DNA of 64,000 nucleotides from Octopus vulgaris (GCA_951406725.2 OX597815.1:6696001-6760000), one strand, 5' to 3'; shown: positions 39,607 to 52,989, counted from the first letter of the stretch. Numbers and translations are program-made. The notes: generated by a model from the sequence alone, not told the origin.

Positions 39607-39810
39607 TATGTATGTATATATATATATGTATGTATATATATATATGTATGTATATATATATATGTATATATATGTATGTATATATATATGTATATATATA
39701 TATGTATGTATGTATATATATATATATGTATGTATATATATATATATGTATGTATATATATATATGTATATGTATGTATATATATATGTATATATGTATG
39801 TATATATATG

Positions 39811-39842
<32 letters not shown>

Positions 39843-39918
39843 TGTATATATATGTGTATGTATGTATATATATATGTATGTATATATATATATGTGTGTA
39901 TATATATATATATATATA
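38945..39918. repeat. (TA)n/(TATG)n compound microsatellite, about 1 kb
   Basis: Direct reading. Confidence 0.97.
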
Positions 39919-40320
39919 CGCACATGGCGATAATAGTAGATGCAGGATTAAAACGATGCTAAGGAGCTAAACTGAATATGGACAGGTGTGCATAGTAAAG
40001 ATTAACAGATCCCTATAAGGCATCTTTTTGATATGAATGGAATTATAATAGAATGTGAGGTCAGGAGTTCGAACAAAATTTTACTTTTTCCTCTTTCTCA
40101 ACTGTTTGGTTAAGATCAGACTGAGACTTGAAAGAATTTCGATTGGATCTTTTACCTTTTGACCAAGGTAAAATATCCTTTTGTTTAGTCCCACCTCACG
40201 AACCCTAATCAAGCAGGTCTGTGTGGCAACCTCGCCTTTTTGTTTGTTTGTTTTTTAGGAATAAATAGTAAATGCTAGGTACTCCCTCAAATCGCGCCCT
40301 TATTGTCTTATTGAAGGAGC

Positions 40321-40505
40321 TACGATGTGATTTGAGGGAGATATGGCTGCTATTTCTAGCACGTCGAGCAACCATGTAGAAGTTACGATGTGATTTGAGG
40401 GAGATATGGCTGCTATTTCTAGCACGTCGAGCAACCATGTAGAAGTTACGATGTGATTTGAGGGAGATATGGCTGCTATTTCTAGCACGTCGAGCAACCA
40501 TGTAG
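40321..40505 (+). repeat. 63-bp minisatellite, about 3 exact copies
   Basis: tacgatgtgatttgagggagatatggctgctatttctagcacgtcgagcaaccatgtagaagt repeated. Related monomers near 20150, 38180, 38395 and 38525. Confidence 0.95.
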
Positions 40506-41581
40506 GTGCTCCCCCTAACGCCTCTTCTCACAAGGCATATAGGCGGCGTTTGTTGTGTGTTCGCTTAAATTCGCTAAGTTGTGGGTTCGAATCTAACAGC
40601 AGTCGTTTTTTTTTTTCGCACATTTTGCTCTCTCTGGCTAATATTTTATTCCATTATTATATTTATATCAATGGATAGATTTCACGACTGTGCACCATAG
40701 AAGTTTTCGATTATTTTAAATTTTAATTTAATTTAATTTAATTTCGTCTTGGCGTCACTTTTGATGAAGTGTCTCTTTAAAGGTATGACTTTGGAGACAT
40801 CGGTGCACATTTCTTCATGGACTTCATTTCGTTCCAAACGCCGACATTGTTCTATAACGATGAATGCAATTGTCTTGGCAAAAATGGCAACGGAGAACGT
40901 GCATTCCTCGATCTTCGTGTCACCAAGACTTTGGCATTGTTACTCTTTAACTTGTTTCAGTCATTTGACTGCGGCCATGCTGGAGCACCGCCTTTAGTCG
41001 AGCAAATCAACCCCGGGACTTATTCTTTGTAAGCCCAGTACTTATTCTATCGGTCTCTTTTGCCGAACCGCTAAGTGACGAGGACGTAAACACACCAGCA
41101 TCGGTTGTCAAGCAATGCTAGGGGGACAAACACAGACACACACACAAATATACACACACACATATACATATATACGACGGACTTCTTTCAGTTTCCGTCT
41201 ACCAAATCCACTCACAAGGCATTGGTCGGCCCGAGGCTATAGCAGATGCCACGCAGTGGGACTGAACCCAGAACCATGTGGTTGGTTAGCAAGCTACTTA
41301 CCACACAGCCACTCCTATTTCAATAAATCGTTTGGTTTTTGTTTCAATCACTGAACTGCAGGCATGCTAGGGCACCACCTCGAAGGGTTTTAGTAGTACG
41401 AATCGACACTGGTATTTATTTATTTTAAAATCTGGTGCGTATTCTATTAGTCTCTTGTACCGAAACGCTCAGTCAACAAAACGTCAACAAAGCAACACCG
41501 GTTGTCAAGCGGTGATGAGTGATAACCACAAAGACACTCACACATATAATATTACATGATAGGCTGCTTTCATTTTCCGTC

Positions 41582-41704
41582 GGCAATCCTTCGGTATTGG
41601 TACACGACGTCATTCACCTACACAACCTTCCCTCATGACATAAAGAGGTAAGGATGAATAACGTCGTCTCCTCAAACTTTGTAGACCAATACCGAAGGAT
41701 TGAC
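41582..41704. mobile_element. Small MITE with ~20-bp TIRs and 8-bp TSD, inserted in an old SINE
   Basis: TIR GGCAATCCTTCGGTATTGGT / ACCAATACCGAAGGATTGAC. TSD TTTCCGTC/TTTCCGTT. Confidence 0.8.
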
Positions 41705-44050
41705 TTTCCGTTTACCAAATTCACTCACAAGGTTTTATTCGGTCTGGAACTCTAGCAGAAGACATTCGCCCAACGTGCCACGCAGTGGGACAGAACCTGG
41801 AACCATGTGGAAGACGTGCCATTATTTTTTTTAAATTTTGGTTTCTAACTTTCTCCAGTTATGTAGCTGGAGAAGGACTATTTGAAAGCTCGCTAATCGT
41901 CGTTATTGTTTTATTTACGTTTGCCATATATTGCATGGATGAGAGTGATGTGGGTGGGGTTGTTGTTTACATCTGGTGGTTGTGTTTGAACTAGAGCCAT
42001 CAGAGTTATCGGCCTTGTTCTGTAGCCTACCACTAATACCTGCAGCAGGATTTGAACATAGGACCATCGGCTGTCGTCGTATCCCACCTGTACAAAATAT
42101 ATATCTTTTACTTACTCTCTTAACTCTTTTACGTGTTTCAGTCATTTGACTTAGGCCATGCTGGAGCACCGCCTTTAATCGAGCAGGGACTTATTCTTTT
42201 GTAAGCCTAGTACTTATTCTATCGGTCTCTTTTTGCCGAACCGCTAAGTGACGGGGACATAAACACACCAGCATCGGTTGTCAAGCAATGCTAGGGGGAC
42301 AAACACAGACACACAAACACACACACACACATACATATATACGACGGGCTTCTTTCAGTTTCCGTCTACCAAATTCACTCACAAGGCTTTGGTCGGCCCG
42401 AGGCTATAGTAGAAGACACTTGCCCAAGGTGCCACGCAGTGGGACTGAACCCGGAACCATGTGGTTGTTAAACAAGCTACTTACCACACAGCTACTCCTG
42501 CACCTACTTGTTTCAGTTATTGGACTAGTGGCCGTGCTGAGGCACCTCCTCGAAGGTTTTTAGTTGACCAAATCAACTCCCACCCCACACCACCCCTTTT
42601 TTGTCGCTCTTTCCCGAACCAGTAAACAAACCAACGCCAGTTGTCGAGAGGTGCGAGATACGAACATAAAGACACACACACATACACGACGGGCTTCCAC
42701 ACAGTCTCCGCCTACCGACATAGATACATTGGTCATCCCGGCTCTTTAGAAAGCACTTGCCCAATGTGCTGTGCAGTGGAATCGAATCCGAAACCACATG
42801 GCTGCAAAGTGTATTACCTTCTTAACCATACAGCCACGCCTGTAATTTTATATACTGTATGTATGTGAATTACTTTTTACTTGGTTCAGTCATTTGACTG
42901 TGTCCATGCTGGAGCACCCCAGGACTTATTCTATCGGTCTCTTTTGCCGAACCGCTAAGTTACGGGGACGTAAACACCAGCATCTGTTGGGGAGGACAAA
43001 CACAGACACACAAACATATACATACATGCATACATAAATATATATATATACGTACAAAAATACGACGGGCTTTTTTCAGTTTCCATCTATCAAATCCACT
43101 CACAAGGCTTTGGTCAGCCCGAGGCTCTAGTAGAAGATACTTGCCCAAGGTGCCATGCAGTGGGACTGAACCAGGAACCATGTGGTTGGTAAGCAAGCTA
43201 CCACACAGCCACTCCTATGCCTATTATATATATATACTGTATGTGTATATAGATAGGCACAGATATGACTGATTGAGAAGCTTGCTTTCCGACAATGTGG
43301 AATCAGGATCAATCCCACTGCATGGCACTTTGAGCAAATGTCTCCTACCATGTCCCTGGGCCGATTACAGCCTTGTGCATGGATTTAGTAGGTGGTGAGC
43401 TGGCAGAAACGTTAGCACGCCGGGCGAAATGCTTAGCAGTATTTCGTCTGTCATTATGTTCTGAGTTCAAATTCCGCCGAGGTCATCTTTGCCTTTCACC
43501 CTTCCGGGGTCGATGAATTAAGTACCAGTTATGCACTGGAGTCAGTGTAATCGACTTAATCGCTTTGTTTGTCCCCTCTGTGTTTAGCCCCTTGTGGGTA
43601 GTAAAGAAAATAGGAAACTGAAAGAAACCTGTCGTGTGTTTGTGTCTCCTTGTCTTGACAATGTGTGATTGTTGTCACAATCATACAAGAAGTGTTTCTT
43701 GTTTGCAATCTCCTGTGAAAACATGTCTGGCCCTGGGTAAATATTATCGTACTTGAAATCAAGTGAGGGCTGTTGACAGGAAAGACACCTGGCCACAGAC
43801 AATTTGACTTGATAAACTCTGTTCAACTCCTGCTGACATGGAATAGTGGATATCAGAGGGTAATGATGAGCCATATAGGCTTCCATACCCTTAATTTAGG
43901 CTGGATTCTGGTTGCTGTGCAGTGATTTCCTGTGCCCCTTTGTGAACACTTTATGAAACTCGTGTCCATTGGTCACATATTTGACATGAATAATGAGACT
44001 TGGAATTAAAATTGATGGCAATTTCGTTTTCAGTTTCAGCTTATGGAACC

Positions 44051-44139
44051 ATGCATTATGGAAATATTGTTGTCATCAAACGTGATGGTAAAGATGGGGC
44101 ACATTTCCCCCTGGAAAGCAAATTCTATCTCCTCGGCAG
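44051..44139 (+). CDS. MKI67: Ki-67-like protein, first coding exon (MHYGNIVVIKRDGKDGAHFPLESKFYLLG-R)
   Basis: Resembles the Ki-67 N-terminus (LVTIKRSGVDGPHFPL...LFGR). Acceptor ttttcag (44033) or tttcag (44039), accATG, donor AG|gtaagt, phase 2. Confidence 0.9.
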
Positions 44140-46047
44140 GTAAGTAACTTTTTCTCTAAATATTTATAGGTGCAGATATGGCTGTGTGGATAAAGTTTCC
44201 AAACCGCTTTGTGTTCTGTCTTGATGCATGGCCCCTTGGGTGAGTGTGTTTTACCAATGCCATGCGTATGGAATTGGTAAATGGAGACTTTGGAAGCTCA
44301 TTGTGTGTAAGTGTATGAATACATATAAGTATGTGTGTCTGCGTGAATGCATTTGAATAAAAGCTCTCAGACATACATACATACACACATCATCATCATT
44401 CAACGTCTGTTTTCCATGCTGGCATGGGTTGGACCATTTGACAGGAGCTGGTAAGTCTGGGGACTGTGCCAAGCTCTGCTATCATCTCTCTCGTACTCTT
44501 TGGTAAGTCACAGAAGCCCTTTGAGCTGCTTTATCTTACAAGTTGCATGGCCACCTCACTAGTCCCACAATAAAACCACCCAGTACTCTTTGTACTCTAA
44601 CTGTGGAATGGTATTGCAACGTGCAAGAGGAAATGGCACAAAAGGCTTCCACAATTTATAGAAGAATAATGGCTGGCATTAAAAGCCATGCCAAATTAGA
44701 CAGTGGAGTGCTCTGTCAGTGCCGCCTCGACTGGCTTCCGTGCCGGTGGCACATAAAATGCACCAATCCGACCGTGGCCGTTGCCAGCCTCGCCTGGCAC
44801 CTGTGCAGGTGGTACGTAAAAAGCACCCACTACACTCACGGAGTGGTTGGCGTTAGGAAGGGCATCCAGCTGTAGAGACACTGCCAGATCAGAACTGGAG
44901 CCTGGTGCAGCCTCCTGGCTTCCCAGACCCCGATGATGATGAGTGCTCTGCGGTCCTCTGACTCATTGAATCCTTGTTGAACCAACCAACTCATGCCAGC
45001 ATTGAAGGTAGACATAAAATGATGTAGACTGCTAAATGAATACAATATGTGGTCAGGCTGCTCCATTGCAGTGCATACATTGTTTTCTCTTTCTTTCTCT
45101 CTCTCATAGTATTGTAAGTTCCAGTTATCTCTCACACTTCTTCTTCATCATCATCATCGTTTAACGTCCGCTTTCCATGCTAGCATGGGTTGGACGGTTT
45201 GACTGAGGACTGGCGAGCCAGATGACAGCAGCAGACTCCAGTCTTGATCTGGCAGTGTTTCTACAGCTGGATGCCCTTCATAAATAATGCCAACCACTCC
45301 GAGAGTGTAGCAGGTGCTTTTACGTGCCACCGGCACAAGGGCCAGTCAGGCAGTACTGGCAACGGCCTGTATAGGAAAGACTTCTCTGCAACCTAAAACA
45401 CATTAACATTCTTGTGTCATTTCCTAATTTTCTGCTCGTGGTTGTCTTTCTCGTGCGACCTTACAATTCTAACCAGTTCCTTCATTCTTCAATGATGGCA
45501 TGGCAACCTGGACTCCCTCACCAATACACATGCACAATCATTAATCTTTTTCACACAGAATTTCAGTTGAAATGCACAGCTTTTGCTTCAATTAGTTTTG
45601 AAAAATCGAAATCGCTCAAAAATGAATGGAAATTGTAGTTGTGATACCAGTACCGGTGGCACGTAAAAAGCACCAACTGATTGTGGGCGTTGCCAGCCTC
45701 CCCTGGCACCTATGCTGGCGACACGTAAAAAGCACCCACTACACTCATGGAGTGGTTGGCGTTAGGAAGAGCATCCAGCTGTAGAAATACTGCCAAATCA
45801 GACTGGAGCCTGGTGCAGTCTCCTGGTTTCCCAGACCCCGGTCGAACCGTCCAACCCATGCCAGCATGGAAAGTGGACGTTAAATGATGATGATTACAGT
45901 TGAGCCTGTGTGTGGAACATAACATGAAATTTTGATGGTTTTAATTTCTACGGGGCACTCTGATGGTTATGAGGGTTCCAGTTGATTTGATCCACAAAAC
46001 AGCCTGCTCATTAATTTAACATGCTAGTAGCTGAGCACTCCACATAC

Positions 46048-46435
46048 CTATTTCTTTACTATCCACGAGGGGCTAAACACAGAGGGGACAAAGAAGGACA
46101 GACAAACGGATTAAGTCGATTACATCGACCCCAGTGTGTAACTGGTACTTAATTTATCGACCTCAAAAGGATAAGGCAAAATCGACCTCGGCAGAATTTG
46201 AACTCAGAACGTAGCGGCAGACGAAATACCTATTTCTTTACTACCCACAAGGACAGGCAAGCAGATTAAGTCGATTCTATCGACACCAGTGTGCAACTGG
46301 TACTTAATTTATCGATCCCGAAAGGATGAAAGGCAAAGTCGACCTCGGCGGAATTTGAATTCAGAACGCAACAGCGGACGAAACACCCCTAAGCAGTTTT
46401 CCCGGCATTCTAACGTTTCTGCCAGCTTGCCACCT
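46048..46435 (-). mobile_element. Head-to-tail dimer of SINE family B
   Basis: Junction GACGAAATACC|TATTTCTTTACT at about 46230. Confidence 0.85.
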
Positions 46436-48191
46436 TCCCTTAACGCGTACCCTTAACGTAGTTCTCAGGGAGATTCCATGTGACACAGAATACAACAAAG
46501 CTGGCCCTTTGAAATACAAGTACATCTCATTTTTGCCAGCTGAGTGGACTGGAGCAATATGAAATGAAGAGTCTTGCACAAGGACGCAATGTACTTGGCC
46601 AGGTATCAGACTTCATAATCATCAGCCAAATACCCCAACCACTAAGATTACTTTAAAACTGGAAGTTTGTATCATAGACCCAAAGATGGTCTCTACCCGA
46701 TTGGTATCAAAAGGGTTTAAAGATGTCATGGAAACTGTTACATCACCTTTCTTATACATCAACTTCCTACTGAAACCCCTAAATTTTTGTAACTGCAGGG
46801 CATTACAATCTCATGGAAGCAACACATATGTATAACTTTACTAAGTCTACATTTCAAACCCTAGGTTTTCTCTTTGAGCCCTCTCCTCTTGTGTTTTTTT
46901 GTTTTTATAAGAAGTGTGGCACATAAAATGCACCATTCAATCGCGACCGTTTGCCAGCCTCTTCTGGCACCTGTGCAGGTGGCACGTAAAAAGCACCCAC
47001 TACACTCACGGACTGGTTGGCGTTAGGAAGGGCATCCAGCTGTAGAAACACTGCCAGATCAGACTGGAGTCTGGTGAAGACCCCTGGCTTCCCAGACCCC
47101 AGTTGAATCATCCAACCCATGCTAGCATGGAAAGCGATGATGATGATGATCTATCTTGTTCTAATTGTTGGACTGTGGCCATGCTGGGGCACCAAATTGA
47201 AGGGCTTTTAGTCAAATCAGACAATTGCACTTTTTTAAATCTGATACTTAATCTATTGACCTTTTTGCCTGACTTGTTAAGGGGATGTAAACAAACCAAG
47301 ACCTGTTGTAAATCGGAAGGGAAGGACAGACACACACACACACACACAGGAATCTTTCACAGTTTCCATCTAAGGAATTCACTCACAAAGCATTGTTTGA
47401 CCTATGGCTATAGTAGTAGACACCTGCTCAAGGCCCTCTGCAGTGAGACTGGAACCAAATCCAGGTGGTTGCAAACCAATCCTTTTAATCACGTGTCCAT
47501 GCCTGTTTGGCCCCTTCAGCATGTAAACCTATTTTATGTTAAACTAGCCAAATCCAGCCTTTCACACATGCACTACAATGCCATATCAATCACCAAAATC
47601 TTGTCGCACCCAGTACACTCTGTAAAGCGGTTGGCTTAAGAAGGAAGGGCATTGAGCTGTAGAAATCCTGCCAAAACAGACAACTGGAACCTGGTGCAGC
47701 TCTCTGGCTAGCCAGCTCCAGTCAAACCATCTAACCCATGCCAGCATGGATTGTGGACGTTAAATAAGTATGATGATGATGGTGATGATGAATTTAAAAC
47801 AATGGTTTCCATGCAGGTGGCATGTAAAAAAACACCTTTTGAGCATGGTCGCTTGCCAGTTCCGCCTGACTGGCCCTCATGCATTGTGAGTCTTCTATTG
47901 CGATTGAATTTGATTGAAGGAAACTGTGTGGTAGCCTGTTGTGTGTATGTATATATATATATTTCTTTACTACCCACAAGGGGCTAAACACAGAGGAGAC
48001 AAACAAGGACAGACAAAGGGATTAAGTCGATTACATCGACCCCAGTGCGTAACTGGTACTTAATTTATTGACCCCAGAAGGATGAAAGGCATAGTCGACC
48101 TCGGCGGAATTTGAACTGGGAACGTAACGGCAGACGAAATACGGCAACGCATTTCGCCTGGCGTGCTAACATTTCTGCCAGCTCACCGCCT

Positions 48192-48236
<45 letters not shown>

Positions 48237-49256
48237 CCCATGTCTGCATGGAAGGCGGATGTTAAATGAAGATGCTGTATGTGTGCGTGTCTGCTTGTCT
48301 TGATGTCCCATGATAATCATAAATGGTTGCGCATGTCATACAAATAGTGTCAATCATTTCCAATATTCTGCAAAAACATGTCTGGCCACGGGGAAGTATT
48401 ACCTTGTTTGAAAACAGCTGAGGGTTGGTGACAGGAAGGGCATCCATGCAAGGATGGGCAAGTGGTCAAGAAGCTTGCTTCCTGACCATGGTTTTGGCTT
48501 TGGTTCCACTGCACAGCAAATGTCTTCTACTATATGCCTTGGCTGACCAAGACCTAGTCAGTAGATTTGGTTGATAGAAACTGAAAGAAACCAATCACAC
48601 ACACACACACATAAATGCCTCATGCCAATGGCACATAAAAGGCACCATCCGTTCGTGGCCGTTGCCCGCCTCGTCTGGCCCCCGTGCCAGTGGCACGTAA
48701 AAAGCACCATCCATTCGTGGCTGTTTGCCAGCCTCGTCTGGCACATAAAAAGCACCCACTACATTCACGGAGTGGTTGGCGTTAGGAAGGGCATCCAGCC
48801 GTAGAAACATTGCCAGATCAGACTGGAGACTGGTGCAGCCTTCTGGCTTCCCAGACCCTGGTTGAACCGTCCAACCCATGCTAGTATGGGAAATGGACGC
48901 TAAACGATGATGATGATGATGACATACACCCATGTACATAACACGTATATATGTGTGTCTTTGTGTGTAACTTTGTCCTGACGTGAGATGATGTTTGCCA
49001 ATGAGCAGCTGTGATACAAGTGATGTTGTTTTATGTCCAGTCTTCAATATTTCCACCCACAGGGAAAATGGTACCTTGCTTGGAAGCAAAAGTGAGAGAC
49101 GACAAGTAGGACCGCATCGCTGTAGAGACACACTAACGAATGGAAAAGTCAATTATCTCACTAAGTCTCTTCTAGAATTAATTGAAACACACATTAGTTA
49201 AACGATGATGATGATGATGATTAGTGCATGTCTTTAGAAATAGTCACAAAAGGATT

Positions 49257-49396
49257 AGGAGTGGCTGTGTGGTAAGTAGCTTGTTTACCAACCACATGGT
49301 TCCGGGTTCAGTCCCACTGCGTGGCACCTTGGGCAAGTGCCTTCTGCTATAGCCTTGTGAGTGGATTTGGTAGACGGAAACTGAAAGAAGCCTGTC

Positions 49397-49438
<42 letters not shown>

Positions 49439-49635
49439 CTGTGTTTGTCCCCCTAGCATTGCTTGACAACCGATGCTGGTGTGTTTATGTCCCCGTTACT
49501 TAGCGGTTCGGCAAAAGAGACCGATAGAATAAGTAGTGGGCTTACAAAAGAATAAGTCCCGGGGTCGAGTTGCTCGACTAAAGGCGGTGCTCCAGCATGG
49601 CCGCAGTCAAATGACTGAAGCAAGTAAAAGAGTAA
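49257..49635 (+). mobile_element. SINE family A copy just upstream of the Ki-67 exon at 49710
   Basis: High similarity to 18228-18660. Confidence 0.9.
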
Positions 49636-49709
49636 ATTATACTTCCACTGCCATTAGAATTTTAACCGTTTTTTTTTTTTTTTTTTTTTTTATCCTTACA
49701 TTTTTACAG

Positions 49710-49791
49710 AAGTTCTAAATGTGACATAAGAATCCAACTGCCCAAAGTTGCACCAGAACATTGTCAACTTTCTGTCAACAAACATGGAAAG
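49710..49791 (+). CDS. MKI67: Ki-67-like FHA exon (SSKCDIRIQLPKVAPEHCQLSVNKHGK), 82 nt
   Basis: Ki-67 FHA motif CDIRIQLPxVSxxHC. Long polypyrimidine tract plus tacag, donor AAG|gtgagc, phase 2 to 0. Confidence 0.93.
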
Positions 49792-51484
49792 GTGAGCTGT
49801 AATGTTCAACATTTTAGACTAACTTTTTCATGCAATTAACCCCCTTTCTATTATTTAATCTCTAACACTATGTTAATTAATTACTAATTTGCAAGTCTAC
49901 AGATTTTCGAAAGAAATTAAATTTAGTATTCCCCCACCTAAGTTGAGGGGTTTCACTAACCCTAACTTCACTAATACTGATGCCATGTAAAAAGAATCCA
50001 GCACACTTTGTAGTGGCTGGCATTTGGAAGGAAGGGCATCCATCCCATAGAAACCATGCTAAAAAAAAAGGGGTGTGTGCATTGGAGCTTGGTCCAATCC
50101 TCTGGCTTGCTGCTAGCTCCTGCCATCCGTCCCATGCCAGCATGGAAAATGGATGTTAAACGGTGAGCCATCCTGAGCCAGTTTTCCACCATGTTTCTTA
50201 AAAATCGTGGTAGAGGCCTTGGTCTCAGGGACCACTCATGTCTGGAAACTGAGCCTGGGGGTAAGCAAGGGCATGCTCCCCGTAGAAAATCCAGCTCCCA
50301 AAAAGCCTCATGATAGCAAGGGAGAATGAGCACCAGCCAGCCCAAAGGTTGGGGTGGGCTGCACCTGCCTGCCTCAGTTGCTATGGTATGGAGGTAGATC
50401 TGGCCACCCCTGTTAACAGGGACAAAACCCGGATTTAAAATACTGGATGGATGATGATGGTGATATTTTAATTAGTAATTCTTTACTCTTAATCTTCACC
50501 AGTTTCCACAGTCATCATCTATTCTCCCTTGTTTTCCCTCCAATTTATATTCCTCATCAACCATTCCTCAACCCTTGATTTTTCATTCATATCCCTCCCT
50601 CCTCTGATCTATTACTAACCATTCCTCACTCTCCCAACACACTAATGTAACCATTACCTACCTATGATTCCACTTCTGCTCCCTCTCCTATTCATTTTCT
50701 TAAAGCTGGAGGGTTTATCTTGATACCTCATCACCCCTATGTTATCTCTCTTCCTGGCTCCACCCCATTTATTCCCATCCATTCGTCTATAATGTGGGTA
50801 GTTATGTAGCTCTTCTATAGCAAGAAGCCTGTTCTTTTCAGGTCTCTTCTTCATTACTTTAACCCTTTAGTGTTCACATTCTGCCAAAATGAAATCTTCA
50901 TCTACATTGTCTTGAACAGCCCCCACTCCTTTGTAGGGGGATCTTTTTCTTGCTAATTACATGGTGTCCTCACTAGTGCTGGAGTCACAAAAAAAAATAG
51001 AAGGCACCTAGTACACTGTTAAGTGGCTGGTGTTAGGAAGGACATCTAACCATATAAAACCATGCCAAAACAGACATTGGAACAAGATGCAGTCCTCAAA
51101 CCTGTTGGATCATGTCAAACCATTCAACTCTTGCCAGTATGGAAAATGTACATTAAGAGAAGATGATGATTACTTTCGGCCATAGCACATTTTACCTTCT
51201 TCATAATATTCACTTTTGAAATAGGCACAATACCTCAGATTTGGGAAAAGGGGGATTACAGTGGCCCTGTACTTCACTGGTTTAAATTGAGATGAAAAGG
51301 GACCCGTTTCCTAAAGGGGCATAACTACTGCTAGGTATTTTCTTCCTCACTTCTACACTAATCTTACAATATTTGCCCTTAACCTTTTTGTTACCATATG
51401 TCCATTCCGTAAGGTGGTTGGTATTAGGAAGGGCATCAAGCCATAAAAACCATGCCAAAACATACAGTGAAGCCTGCTGCAGTC

Positions 51485-52018
51485 TTTGACGGATATTTGT
51501 CCTCATCTTGTTTGTTGTTAACACGTTTCGGCTAATATACCCTCCAGCCTTCATCAGCTGGCTTGGAGAAATTTCGAACCTGGGTTCTCATTCCTAAGGT
51601 ATTTTTCCATATTATTATTATTATTATTATTCAGGTCACTGCCTGGAATCGAACTCGGAATCTTGGGGTTAGTAGCCCGCACTTTTAACCACTACGTCAT
51701 ATGCCTGTGGGCAATTAAGGAGTGAATTTTTAGGGTTATAAGTCTAATATTTATTCCATAATTGCCCACGGGCATATGGCCTAGTGGTTAAGAGCATGGG
51801 CTACTAACCCCAAGATTCCGAGTTCAATAATAATAACAATAATAATATCGAAAAATACCCTAGGAATGAGAACCCAGGTTTGAAATTTCCCTGCGACACC
51901 TGATGAAGGCTGGAGAGTATATTAGCCGAAACGTTGTGTTAACAACAAACAAGATGAGGAGAAATATCCATCAAATGTAAATAATGTACATAATTCCTCA
52001 TGTCTTAAATATAGAACT
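51485..52018. mobile_element. Palindromic element: two divergent arms, each tRNA-like head + (AAT)n + minimal hammerhead
   Basis: 51485-51716 (minus) is the reverse complement of about 51760-51975 (plus), with a ~43-nt spacer. Confidence 0.8.
51895..51940 (+). ncRNA. Minimal type I hammerhead ribozyme (Penelope-type)
   Basis: GACAC-CTGATGA-A-GGCTGG(agagtata)TTAGCC-GAAA-C-GTT-GTGTT: stem I, core, stem II, palindromic AACGTT in place of stem III. Confidence 0.75.
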
Positions 52019-52305
52019 GCACACTGCCTTTGTTTCAATTGAGCTAATGTTTGGGACATATGAAATGGCATGAAACCATTTGATGGAAGGTTTTAAAAAA
52101 AGGCAGAATCATAGAACCAGGTGTAGTCTCAGGTAGGTTGGCATCAAAAGGATTAACCGTTTTGTTAACAAATTCTTGCCAAAATACACTAACTCTGTTT
52201 CAATTAATTTTGAACCAAACGAAGAATTTAATAACCTAACTTTGTTTTTATTACTAACTCTGTGTTTGAAGCATGAATTAACATGAAATTTGATGGGAAC
52301 TAATA

Positions 52306-52446
52306 TTAGGTTGTCCCAAAAGTTCGTAAACACTTGTGAAAATTGAATTTTTACTCGCCAAGTACTAACAAAAACAACAAAAATTATTCCTCAAAATAAA
52401 GACCATTATTTTCCAAGACTTTCTACGAACTTTTGGGACAACCTTA
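52306..52446. mobile_element. Mariner-type MITE
   Basis: TIR TTAGGTTGTCCCAAAAGTTCGTA / TACGAACTTTTGGGACAACCTTA with TA flanks. Confidence 0.8.
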
Positions 52447-52611
52447 TATTTCAGATCACTTTAAAACAAAAAGTTTGTATCATAGAACCAATGGGTTGGT
52501 CACATGTGGATTGAGATCAAAAGGACTGAATTTTTTAAATTTCAATCTTGCTGAGGAATTCCATTGTGTAGGGTTTGTTGTGGTTTTGTTTCCTTGTTAT
52601 GAAAGACCAGT

Positions 52612-52989
52612 GTGGAGGCGCAATGGCCCAGTGGTTAGGGCAGCAGACTCGCGGTTTCAATTCCCAGACCGGGCGTTGTGAGTGTTTATTGAGTGAAAAC
52701 ACCTAAAAGCTCCATGAGGCTCCGGCAGGGGATGGTGGTGATCCCTGCTGTATTCTTTCACCACAACTTTCTCTCACTCTTACTTCCTGTTTCTGTTGTA
52801 CCTGTATTTCAAAGGGCCGGCCTTGTCACTCTCTGTGTCACGCTGAATATCCCCGAGAACTACGTTAAGGGTACACGTGTCTGTGGAGTGCTCAGCCACT
52901 TACACGTTAATTTCACGAGCAGGCTGTTCTGTTGATTCGGATCAACCGGAACCCTCGTTGTCGTAACTGACGGAGTGCTTCCATCCATC
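52612..52989 (+). mobile_element. tRNA(Arg)-like SINE family C flanked by a 96-bp direct repeat
   Basis: Head GGAGGCGCAATGGCCCAGTGGTTAGGGCAGCAGACTCGCG and (CCAT)n tail. Flanks 52516-52611 and 52993-53088. Confidence 0.85.

Noticed and set aside
38897-39970. Long ORFs of 300-357 aa (also 11654-12373, 18935-19913, 58361-59283, 9636-10079)
   Set aside because: Stop-free translations of microsatellites (YI/MY, LSIY, LS, HT repeats), not genes.
40321-40505. CRISPR-like regular repeat
   Set aside because: Units are identical end to end with no unique spacers, there are no cas genes, and the context is eukaryotic. It is a minisatellite.
51634-51828. tRNA-Ser(ACT) genes
   Set aside because: The acceptor stem does not pair and the sequences are heads of a repeat. 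The same applies to the other SINE heads.
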